Below are positions 56,517 to 64,000 of a stretch of DNA of 64,000 nt, piece after piece; positions within the stretch are counted from its first letter, which is position 1; every line of letters begins with the position of its first letter. Origin of the DNA: Vulcanimicrobiota bacterium (GTDB taxonomy: Bacteria > Vulcanimicrobiota > Vulcanimicrobiia > Vulcanimicrobiales > Vulcanimicrobiaceae); assembly GCA_963733295.1 (NCBI GenBank), contig CAVTCS010000003.1:352001-416000 (forward strand), given 5' to 3'. The translations under genes and the position numbers were made by a program. The notes beneath the pieces are model-generated. The model saw nothing but the letters and a program-made list of their open reading frames with translations. It was not told the origin of the DNA and searched no databases.

Positions 56517-58558
56517 CCGAGACGCCGCTCGTGCCGGCCGACCTCCTGCGTCTGGCCCTTCCCGGCGACCCGCAGTGCGCGCCCGACGGTCGCGTTTTCT
56601 TCGTGCTCTCAACCCAGGACGAAGCGAGCGACGAAACGCGCAGCGCGATCTGGAGCGTGCGTGCCGGATCTCCGGCGACGCCCTTCACCTCCGGACTGCA
56701 CGACCGGATGCCTCGCATATCGCCGGACGCCACCCAACTCGCATTCATCGGGCAGCGCGCCGAAGCTACGTGCGTCTACGTCATGCCGCTGGGCGGCGGC
56801 GAAGCGCGCGCCGTAACGCCTGACTGCGAGGCGCTGGGTGGACTTGTCTGGGCTCCCGGGTCCGACGCCGTCGCGTACGTCGCCAAGACCGGCTTGGATG
56901 CGTCCGGCGCGCGCAGCGCGCTCGACGAGCGCAGCGGCGCGCGACACATTCGCGCGCTGCCCTTCAAGAGCGATGAAGAAGGCCTGCTCGACGGCCGGCG
57001 CAAGCATCTCTTCGTCTGCCGCCCCGAGCCGGGAGCGCCGGCCGTACAGCTCACCTTCGGCGATTTCGACGTCGACAGCCCGGCTTGGTCTCCCGACGGC
57101 GCTTCGCTCGCGTTCACCGCGCAGATCGACGTTCCCGAGACGGCGTTTTGGAGCGACGTCTTCGTCGTGGAACTCGGCGGTGGCGAACTGCGCAAGCTAA
57201 CGGCGGGTCAAGGACCGGCGGAGACGCCGGCTTTTTCGCGCGACGGTCGCGAAATTGCGTTTGTCGGACACCTGCACGGCGAGGCGTTCACGCCGCACAA
57301 CTTAGAGCTGCTCGTCGTGCCCTCCGCGGGCGGCGCGATCCGCTCCCTCTCGGCGCAGCTCGATCGTTCGATCGTCGACAGCATCATCTGCGACGTGCGC
57401 GGTCTGGCTCCGCCCCAACCACCGATTTGGTCCGCCGGCGACCGCGAAATCTTCGTTCCGCTCTGCAGCGAGGCGACGTGCGGCATCGCTGCCTTTGCGC
57501 GCGACGGATCGCACCATCGCGTGGTCGCGGGCGGCGAGCGCGACATCTTCGCCTTCGCGCGTTCGGACGACGGGACGCTCGCCTTCGCGTTCTCGACCCC
57601 GCTCGTGGCGAGCGAAATCGCACAACTCGATCCGTACGGCAACGAGTCCCGGCTGACCGATTGCAACCCCTGGCTGGCGCAGCGTGCCTTACGCGCGCCG
57701 CGCAGGCTTCGTCCGGCGGCAGCGGACGGCTGGGTGCTCGATCTCTTTCTCCTCGATCCCGACGGCGCAGGTCTCGCACCGTACGTTTTGGCGGTTCATG
57801 GCGGCCCCCACACTGCCTACGGCTTCGCGTTCTCGTTTGAATTCCAGACGATCGTCTCGCACGGCATCGGCGTCGCGTACGGCAATCCGCGCGGAAGTAC
57901 GAGCTACGGTTTCACTTTCGCCGACGGCGTGACGGGCCGCTGGGGGCAAGACGACGCCTCCGACGTCCTGAGTCTTCTCGACGCGACGTTGGCGGCCGCG
58001 CCGGCCGATCCGAAGCGCATAGCGCTTGCGGGTGGCTCGTACGGCGGCTTCATGACGACGTGGTTGCTGGGACACTCCAAGCGCTTCGCGACCGGCATCT
58101 CGATGCGCGCGGTCAACGACTTCGTCAGTGAGGTCGGTGCCGCGGATCTCGGCTGGTTTCTCGAACGTACCCTCGGAGCGCCCTGGGACGACGGCGGCCG
58201 CAAACTCTTCGAGAACTCGCCGATGCGCACTGCGCACGAGATCGACGTTCCGCTGCTGATCATGCACTCCGAGCGCGATTACCGCTGTCCGATCGATCAA
58301 GGCGAGCAGCTCTTCACGCTGCTGCGCCGGCTCGGGCGCAGCGAGACCGAGTTCGTGCGCTTCAGCGGTGACGGTCACGGTCTCTCGCGCAGCGGACACC
58401 CCCGCAATCGCATCTTGCGCCTGCGCGCGATCGTGCATTGGCTCGCACGACACCTCAAACCGGACGGCCCGCTCGTAGCGCCGCTGCGCGAGGCCGGCGC
58501 GCTCTTCAAAGAACTGGCAACCGAGCCGGTCGCTCCTGCGACCCCCGGCGCCCCTTAA
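56513..58558 (+). CDS. S9C peptidase (acylaminoacyl/dipeptidyl aminopeptidase-like)
   Basis: HGGP, NPRGS, GGSYGG, DYRC, GHGLSRSG. Confidence 0.92.
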   Translation: MTETPLVPADLLRLALPGDPQCAPDGRVFFVLSTQDEASDETRSAIWSVRAGSPATPFTSGLHDRMPRISPDATQLAFIGQRAEATCVYVMPLGGGEARAVTPDCEALGGLVWAPGSDAVAYVAKTGLDASGARSALDERSGARHIRALPFKSDEEGLLDGRRKHLFVCRPEPGAPAVQLTFGDFDVDSPAWSPDGASLAFTAQIDVPETAFWSDVFVVELGGGELRKLTAGQGPAETPAFSRDGREIAFVGHLHGEAFTPHNLELLVVPSAGGAIRSLSAQLDRSIVDSIICDVRGLAPPQPPIWSAGDREIFVPLCSEATCGIAAFARDGSHHRVVAGGERDIFAFARSDDGTLAFAFSTPLVASEIAQLDPYGNESRLTDCNPWLAQRALRAPRRLRPAAADGWVLDLFLLDPDGAGLAPYVLAVHGGPHTAYGFAFSFEFQTIVSHGIGVAYGNPRGSTSYGFTFADGVTGRWGQDDASDVLSLLDATLAAAPADPKRIALAGGSYGGFMTTWLLGHSKRFATGISMRAVNDFVSEVGAADLGWFLERTLGAPWDDGGRKLFENSPMRTAHEIDVPLLIMHSERDYRCPIDQGEQLFTLLRRLGRSETEFVRFSGDGHGLSRSGHPRNRILRLRAIVHWLARHLKPDGPLVAPLREAGALFKELATEPVAPATPGAP

Positions 58559-59352
58559 CTCCCGGTGCCCTGGTAGCGGTTTAAGCCGACGCGCCAAAAT
58601 GCGTACGCGATCCCAAACCAAACGACGCCGACCACCGGCGTGAGCAAACCGATCTGCGGCGAAAGTTCGAGCGCCCCGTCGGTCTTATGCAGTAAGAACG
58701 TCGCCGGAAAGTAGTTCATGAACGCGAACGGCAGAATGAACGTCAAGATGAAACTGACCGCGCGCGTGTAGATGCTGATCGGATAGCGCGTGAAATCCTG
58801 CTCGAGCGACATGACGACCCAACGCAGCGTGTCGATCCGAATCACCCAAAAAGCCAACGTCGCGATCGTGAGCTGGATACCGAAATCGATGAGCGCTCCG
58901 CCGAGCGTGACGAGTGGGACGAACGCCGCGAATGCGAGGTCGACGTGTACGCCGACGAAGTGCGTCGCGATCGAGAAGAAGATGACGGCGAGGACGATCT
59001 CGTCGGGCCAGATCTGCTGCGGTACGGTCAACGCTTGGAAGAGCGGATCGAGCGGCCGGACGAGAAAGCGGTCGAAGCGCCCCTCGCGCACCATGTTCGG
59101 GACTTCGCCGACGGTGAAGAAAAACGTGTTATGAAAGGCGTGACCTAGCATCCATAGGCCGTACAGGAAGGCCATTTGCTTGAAGTCCCAGCCGTTCATC
59201 GAGGGAAATTTATCGAGCGTTACCCAAAGCGCGATGATGGCGGTCGCGTGGTAGACGAGCATGAACCCGAACCACATGAAGAAGTTCGCGCGGTACTCGA
59301 TCATCGTCAAGAAGTTGATGCGCCAGTACTGGGCGTAGACGGCCAGGCTCAC
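58555..59352 (-). CDS. ABC-2 family permease (DUF990-like)
   Basis: EYRANF, G.FDRFLVRP, YPISIY, Y.GTGS terminus; about six TM. Confidence 0.88.
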   Translation of the reverse strand: MSLAVYAQYWRINFLTMIEYRANFFMWFGFMLVYHATAIIALWVTLDKFPSMNGWDFKQMAFLYGLWMLGHAFHNTFFFTVGEVPNMVREGRFDRFLVRPLDPLFQALTVPQQIWPDEIVLAVIFFSIATHFVGVHVDLAFAAFVPLVTLGGALIDFGIQLTIATLAFWVIRIDTLRWVVMSLEQDFTRYPISIYTRAVSFILTFILPFAFMNYFPATFLLHKTDGALELSPQIGLLTPVVGVVWFGIAYAFWRVGLNRYQGTGS

Positions 59353-59357
59353 CCGCG

Positions 59358-60332
59358 ATGAATTCCGCTTCCGAGGCGATCGTCCCGGTTCACGAACCGT
59401 ACCGTCTCGACCGGACGGTCGCGGTGCTCCGGCGATTCTCGACGAACATCGTCGACCGCACGACGCCGGATGGGCGCTACGTTCGCGCGCTCGAAGGTTT
59501 CGCGGGACCGGTCGTCCTGTGCGTCGTTCAAAGCGCTCCCGGGGCTCTGACCGTCGCGCTCAGCGGGGCTGCGGGCGAGGAAGCGCGAGCCCTTGCGTTG
59601 ACGCGCCGCATGCTCGGCACCGAACGCGATCTGAGCGCTTTCCACCGCCGCGCCGGCAAGGTTCCCTGGCTACGCCCGTTAGCCGCGCGAATGCGCGGCG
59701 TGAAGCCGCCGCGTTATCCGACGCTCTGGGAAGCCTGCGCCAACGCGATCGTTTTTCAGCAGATCAGTCTCTCGGCGGCGAGTGCGATCATGCACCGCAC
59801 GGTCGCCGCATTGGGCGTCCGTACGAAGTTCGAAGGCCTCGAACTCCACGCGTTCCCCGGGAGCGAAAGGATCGCGGCGTGCGACGAAGCCGGCCTACGC
59901 GGCTTCGGCTTGAGTGCGAACAAAGTGGCGACGTTGCGCCGCGTCGCCGAAGCCTTGTCGGGCGGAGCGCTCGACGAGGTCATGTTAGAGTCGCGCTCGA
60001 GCGCCGAGGCCGCCGAGCTGCTCTGCCGCATCAAGGGAATCGGACCCTGGACGGCTGCGGTGATCCTGTTGCGCGGTGTCGGCCGGCTCGACGTCTTTCC
60101 GATGAACGACTCGGGCATCGCACGCAGCGCAAGAGCTTTCAACGACCCGGCCGTCGACGTCGATGCGGCCTTGCACGCGCTCGGCGACGAACGCGGCATG
60201 CTCTACTACCTGTTCTTGCTCGCCCGGCTCGAAGCGCGCGGCGAACTAGCCGCCGCCCCCGCGCTCAGCCGGCAACCTTCGCAAGAAATGCGTCGAGCAA
60301 AGCGCGGAACTTCGCAGGCTGATCGTACATGA
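59358..60332 (+). CDS. AlkA-like HhH-GPD DNA glycosylase
   Basis: IVFQQIS, IKGIGPWTA, DVFPMND. Confidence 0.88.
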   Translation: MNSASEAIVPVHEPYRLDRTVAVLRRFSTNIVDRTTPDGRYVRALEGFAGPVVLCVVQSAPGALTVALSGAAGEEARALALTRRMLGTERDLSAFHRRAGKVPWLRPLAARMRGVKPPRYPTLWEACANAIVFQQISLSAASAIMHRTVAALGVRTKFEGLELHAFPGSERIAACDEAGLRGFGLSANKVATLRRVAEALSGGALDEVMLESRSSAEAAELLCRIKGIGPWTAAVILLRGVGRLDVFPMNDSGIARSARAFNDPAVDVDAALHALGDERGMLYYLFLLARLEARGELAAAPALSRQPSQEMRRAKRGTSQADRT

Positions 60333-61149
60333 GGAAGTGCAGCGACGGCCCGATCGGCTCGACGTCGAGTTGCGCGACGCCCTTGAACGCGGCGACATAG
60401 AAGTTGAGCAACATCGGTACCGAGGCGCCGGCCTTGATCGGCGCGAGTACCTCGACCGGCGCCGTTATCTTGCTGAGGTTCGGCCGCAGATCCGCCTGCG
60501 TCAGTTCGTACTCGGCGCCGGCAAAAGTGGCGCGGTCGCTCTTCAGCGACAGCTCCGTGATCAGCTCGACGTTCTTGGGGTCGCTGACGAGACCGGTCAC
60601 GTAGGCATGCACGCCGGCTTCGAACTGCTCGGGTGACGCCGTCAGCATCGCGGCGCGTACGGCGCCGGCATCCCGCTCGCGCGTCGCCGGCGACTCCGTC
60701 GCCGCAGAGGGTGGATAGCGCGGAAGCATGTCGAGCACCATCACGCCGCCGATGTTGTCGGGGATCTCCTCGGCGACCCGGAGGGCGATGTGGCCGCCCA
60801 GGCTATGTCCGACGAGAATCGGCTTCGAAAGCTTTTCAATGGCGATGAGCTCTTCGATGCTGCGCACGAACTCGTCGAGGTACGGCGGTTGGACCGGCGG
60901 CGCGCCGTCGAAACCGGCGAAGGTCACCGTGTAAACGGTGTAGTGCTGGGCGACTTCGGGCGCGACGCCGTCCCAAACGTACGCTCCCGAGGCGAGTCCC
61001 GGGATGAAGATGACCGCCCGGTCGCCCGATCCCGTGCGCTCGGCGAACGCCGCTCCGATGTGGAGTTGAGCGTCGTCGGCGGCGGCGGGACGCGCTGCGA
61101 AAGCGAACAGCGCGAGGGCGAGAACGAGGAAGGCTGGGCGCCGCTGCAC
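60265..61149 (-). CDS. Secreted alpha/beta hydrolase
   Basis: Signal peptide; FIPGL, GHSLGG, HFLMYDQP; 68-bp convergent overlap. Confidence 0.86.
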   Translation of the reverse strand: MQRRPAFLVLALALFAFAARPAAADDAQLHIGAAFAERTGSGDRAVIFIPGLASGAYVWDGVAPEVAQHYTVYTVTFAGFDGAPPVQPPYLDEFVRSIEELIAIEKLSKPILVGHSLGGHIALRVAEEIPDNIGGVMVLDMLPRYPPSAATESPATRERDAGAVRAAMLTASPEQFEAGVHAYVTGLVSDPKNVELITELSLKSDRATFAGAEYELTQADLRPNLSKITAPVEVLAPIKAGASVPMLLNFYVAAFKGVAQLDVEPIGPSLHFLMYDQPAKFRALLDAFLAKVAG

Positions 61150-61202
61150 CTCGGGGCCGTTCCGCGAAACCGCGCGCAACCCCGCCAGGGTCTAAGGGCA
61201 GT

Positions 61203-61937
61203 ATGAACGTTCAATCGCCGCCCGGCATCTCAATCCAGCGCTCCAAGGAGCGGGCCTTCTTCGATATGGATTGGCTCCAAACGTATCACTCCTTCAGTTT
61301 CGCCGACTATTTCGATCCGGCGAATCTGAACTGGGGAGCGCTGCGCGTTTTCAACGATGACGTGATCGGGGCCGGCAAAGGCTTCCCAACGCATCCGCAT
61401 CGCGACATGGAGATTCTGACGTACGTTCTCGACGGCGAGCTCGAGCACAAAGATTCGATGGGTAACGTGGGCGTCGTCGGCCCCGGCGCGGTTCAGTATC
61501 TCAGTGCCGGCACCGGAATCAGGCACTCGGAATACAACCACTCCGCGGAAAAGCCGGTGCACCTCGTTCAGATGTGGGTCTTGCCGCGGGCGCAGGGGCT
61601 CGAACCGCGCTACGGGCAAGTCGACTACAGGCTGGAAGACCGGCTCGAGCGCTGGCTGCCGATTGCGAGCGGCGAAAAGGACGTCACCTCGCGGATCGGT
61701 TTGTGGCAGGACGCGACGGCGTACGTTGCGCGTCTCGAACGCAAACCGCTGCGCTACGCGCTGCGAAGCGGCCGGCTCGGGTTCCTGTTCGTTGCGGATG
61801 GGAACGTAACGCTGAGCGGTGAGCCGCTCGCCGCCGGCGACGCGGCGCGCATCACCGGGCCGCTCGAGTTCGAACTCGCCGGAAGCGGCGAAGTGGTGCT
61901 CTGGGACGTGCCTCCGCTGCCGGATGCGCGCGAATGA
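61203..61937 (+). CDS. Pirin family (YhhW-like)
   Basis: HSFSFADY, HPHRDMEI, HKDSMGN, HSEYN. Confidence 0.94.
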   Translation: MNVQSPPGISIQRSKERAFFDMDWLQTYHSFSFADYFDPANLNWGALRVFNDDVIGAGKGFPTHPHRDMEILTYVLDGELEHKDSMGNVGVVGPGAVQYLSAGTGIRHSEYNHSAEKPVHLVQMWVLPRAQGLEPRYGQVDYRLEDRLERWLPIASGEKDVTSRIGLWQDATAYVARLERKPLRYALRSGRLGFLFVADGNVTLSGEPLAAGDAARITGPLEFELAGSGEVVLWDVPPLPDARE

Positions 61938-62197
61938 GCGAGGTTCCGTGCACGCACACGAATACGATCCGGAACGTCAAGCCCAGCGCGAACGGGTGCG
62001 AAGAGTGCCTCAAGCTGGGCGAGGGGTGGGTCCACCTTCGGATGTGTCTGGAATGCGGGCACGCCGGCTGCTGCGACTCGTCGAAAAACAAGCACGCTAC
62101 CAAGCATAACCGGGCCACCGGCCACCCGATCGTTACCTCCCGCGAGCCGGGCGAAAGTTGGAAGTACTGCTACATCGACGACGTAACTTGGCAGTGA
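61934..62197 (+). CDS. UBP-type zinc-finger protein
   Basis: CEEC...HLRMCLECGHAGCCDSS.NKHATKH...W.YCY.D; ATGA overlap. Confidence 0.9.
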   Translation: MSEVPCTHTNTIRNVKPSANGCEECLKLGEGWVHLRMCLECGHAGCCDSSKNKHATKHNRATGHPIVTSREPGESWKYCYIDDVTWQ

Positions 62198-62243
62198 CGA
62201 TGTCGCTTGGCAGTGACGACGTAGCTTGGCACTAACGACGCTC
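62177..62243. repeat. Imperfect 19-bp tandem repeat, about 3.5 copies
   Basis: CTTGGCAGTGACGATGTCG / CTTGGCAGTGACGACGTAG / CTTGGCACTAACGACGCTC at 62187, 62206, 62225. Confidence 0.88.
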
Positions 62244-62858
62244 GCAGCGTTCGCGCTGCTGGAGTTCACGCTCTGCCTGATTCCGGGCCCGGCGGTCCTG
62301 TACGTGTTGTCGACGGCGCTGCGTCGCGGGCCGCGCACCGGACTTCTGGGCGCGGCCGGCATCGTCGCCGGCAATACCGTCTATTTCGCGTTGTCGGCCT
62401 GCGGCGTCGCGGCTCTGCTGCTCGCCTCTTACGCTCTCTTCGGAGTCGTGAAGTGGTGCGGCATCGCCTACTTGGGATACCTCGGATTGCGCGCGCTTCT
62501 GGCGAGCGATGCCGGCCTGGACGGCGAGGGTGGCCTCTCGCGCGGCGCGAGCGGTCGCGCTTTTCACGGCGCGCTGGTCACGCAGCTCTCGAATCCGAAG
62601 GCGATCGTTTTCTTCGTCGCCGTGCTGCCGCAGTTCGTGGACCCGCGTGGAAGCGTCTGGCTGCAGCTGTTGGTTCTCGCGCTACTTTCGGCGGCAATCG
62701 AGTTTGGAGTGCTCAGCGGTTACACGGTCGCGGCGGCGCGGTTGCGCCGCACTGCCTTGGCGGCTCGGGCCGGCCTCCTCATCGAACGCGCGGGCGGCGC
62801 GGTGCTGCTCGGGATTGCGGCCTTTCTCGCGCGGGAACCGTTGGCGGTCGCGCCCTGA
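62226..62858 (+). CDS. LysE/RhtB-family exporter
   Basis: PGP, KWCGIAYL.YLG, NPKAIVFF..LPQF. Confidence 0.92.
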   Translation: MALTTLAAFALLEFTLCLIPGPAVLYVLSTALRRGPRTGLLGAAGIVAGNTVYFALSACGVAALLLASYALFGVVKWCGIAYLGYLGLRALLASDAGLDGEGGLSRGASGRAFHGALVTQLSNPKAIVFFVAVLPQFVDPRGSVWLQLLVLALLSAAIEFGVLSGYTVAAARLRRTALAARAGLLIERAGGAVLLGIAAFLAREPLAVAP

Positions 62859-63712
62859 ACCTCGAGGCGGCCGCGGACTATGCCGCGCGGCACGCGCTCC
62901 AGGCACTCGTCGTCCGCCAGGCAAGTCGAATTGTCTTCGAGCGTTACGCCGAGGGTTGGGACGGCGACAAACCGCACGCGCTCTACAGCGGAACGAAGAG
63001 TTTCTGGGGCGTCGCGGCGGTCGCAGCGCAAGAGGACGGGCTGCTCGAACTCGACGAGCCGGTCGCCGATACGATCGCGTCCTGGAAAGCGGACCCCTGG
63101 AAAGCCCGCGTCACCTTGCGCGAGTTGCTGCAACTGACGAGCGGGATTGGCTTCGGCGGCCTGGGGGCATCGGTTCCGCTCTACGACAACGCGCTCGCCG
63201 TCGAGCTCAAGAACGAACCGGGCCGCGTTTTCACCTACAGCGGGATCCCGCTGCAGGTCTTCGGTGCGGTCTTGGCACGCAAACTCGAGAAGCGTCGCGA
63301 AACCCCGCACGAGTACTTACGCAAGCGCATCCTCGCGCCGATCGGTCTGCGCATAGGATCCTGGCGGAAGCTCAAAGACGGCAGCGAGCCGCTCCCGACC
63401 GGGGCCTTCGTCGCAGCGCGCGAGTGGTTGAAGTACGGTGCGCTGCTCGCAGCCGGCGGCGTCGCACGCGGCAAGCAGGTCGTTCCCGAGCGCGCGCTGC
63501 GCGCGTGCTTCGAAGGTTCGGCGGCCAACCCGCGCTACGGGCTCGCGTTTTGGCTGAGTCCGCCCCACACGCCGCCCGACTTGATCTACGCGAGCGGCTC
63601 CGTCGGTCAAGCGCTGTACGTCGTTCCATCGCTCGATTTGGCAGTGGTGAAGTTCGGCAATTCCGCTTCGTACAAACACGAAGCATTTCTCAAGCGTCTC
63701 TTCGGCGTCTAG
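62855..63712 (+). CDS. Class C beta-lactamase-fold serine hydrolase
   Basis: SGTKS, LLQLTSG, PGRVFTYS; start inferred at CTG 62855. Confidence 0.85.
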   Translation: MNLEAAADYAARHALQALVVRQASRIVFERYAEGWDGDKPHALYSGTKSFWGVAAVAAQEDGLLELDEPVADTIASWKADPWKARVTLRELLQLTSGIGFGGLGASVPLYDNALAVELKNEPGRVFTYSGIPLQVFGAVLARKLEKRRETPHEYLRKRILAPIGLRIGSWRKLKDGSEPLPTGAFVAAREWLKYGALLAAGGVARGKQVVPERALRACFEGSAANPRYGLAFWLSPPHTPPDLIYASGSVGQALYVVPSLDLAVVKFGNSASYKHEAFLKRLFGV

Positions 63713-63721
63713 TACAGCACA

Positions 63722-64000
63722 CTACGAAGCCGGACTCTCGAAGAGCCGCGCCAGGCTCGGGATTCCCTCGCCGAACGTCGGATGGATCGCCATGAAGCGA
63801 TCGAGGTCTTGCCACGTCGCCCCCATTTCGATTGCGAACGCGACGACGTGGATCAATTCGCCGGCTTCGTATCCGACGAACGTCGCGCCGAGGATCTTTC
63901 CGCTCGGGCGATCGATCACCAGGCGATAGAAACCGGCCTCGAGGTCCCATTCCAGGCCGCGTGCGACGTCGCTCAAGGGCTCGGTGACGACGCCGGCGGC
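63722..64000 (-). CDS. C-terminal dimerisation domain of a pyridine nucleotide-disulfide oxidoreductase (partial)
   Basis: KILGA...AGELIH...AI..G...IHPTFGE; continues beyond the window. Confidence 0.85.
   Translation of the reverse strand, partial: AAGVVTEPLSDVARGLEWDLEAGFYRLVIDRPSGKILGATFVGYEAGELIHVVAFAIEMGATWQDLDRFMAIHPTFGEGIPSLARLFESPAS

Overview
High-GC (about 65% by eye), gene-dense bacterial chromosome segment of a diderm (RND pump with outer-membrane factor, OM beta-barrel-like proteins). Gene style suggests a soil lineage such as Ca. Eremiobacterota, but that is unverified inference. No rRNA, tRNA, CRISPR array, transposase or integrase was seen. (1) 1-20.2 kb is an envelope/secreted-protein region with a tal-pgi-gnd operon in the middle. 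It holds two paralogous copies of an uncharacterised translationally coupled two-gene module: a small secreted two-Cys beta-protein followed by a secreted protein with a variable G/N/S/Y low-complexity repeat arm on a conserved aromatic/Gly segment and CGPP...VIC domain. The region also has an RND pump, a patatin, an OM barrel, two EutR-like AraC regulators and a recurring TTGC-N7-GGATAGC promoter box. (2) 20.2-28 kb is a general-stress island (STAS, RsbW-like kinase, DUF6496, topoisomerase IB, glf, Fet4-like, small proteins) with repeated SigB/SigF-type promoters. (3) 28-64 kb is mixed housekeeping and hydrolase genes, including a FolK-FolE2/MptA fusion, a DUF1858-Mrp fusion lacking the usual CxxC, a GH44 lipoprotein, and ilvE under a leader-peptide attenuator. 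Several genes appear to need non-canonical CTG starts coupled to the upstream stop. Family names come from recognised motifs, not database searches.
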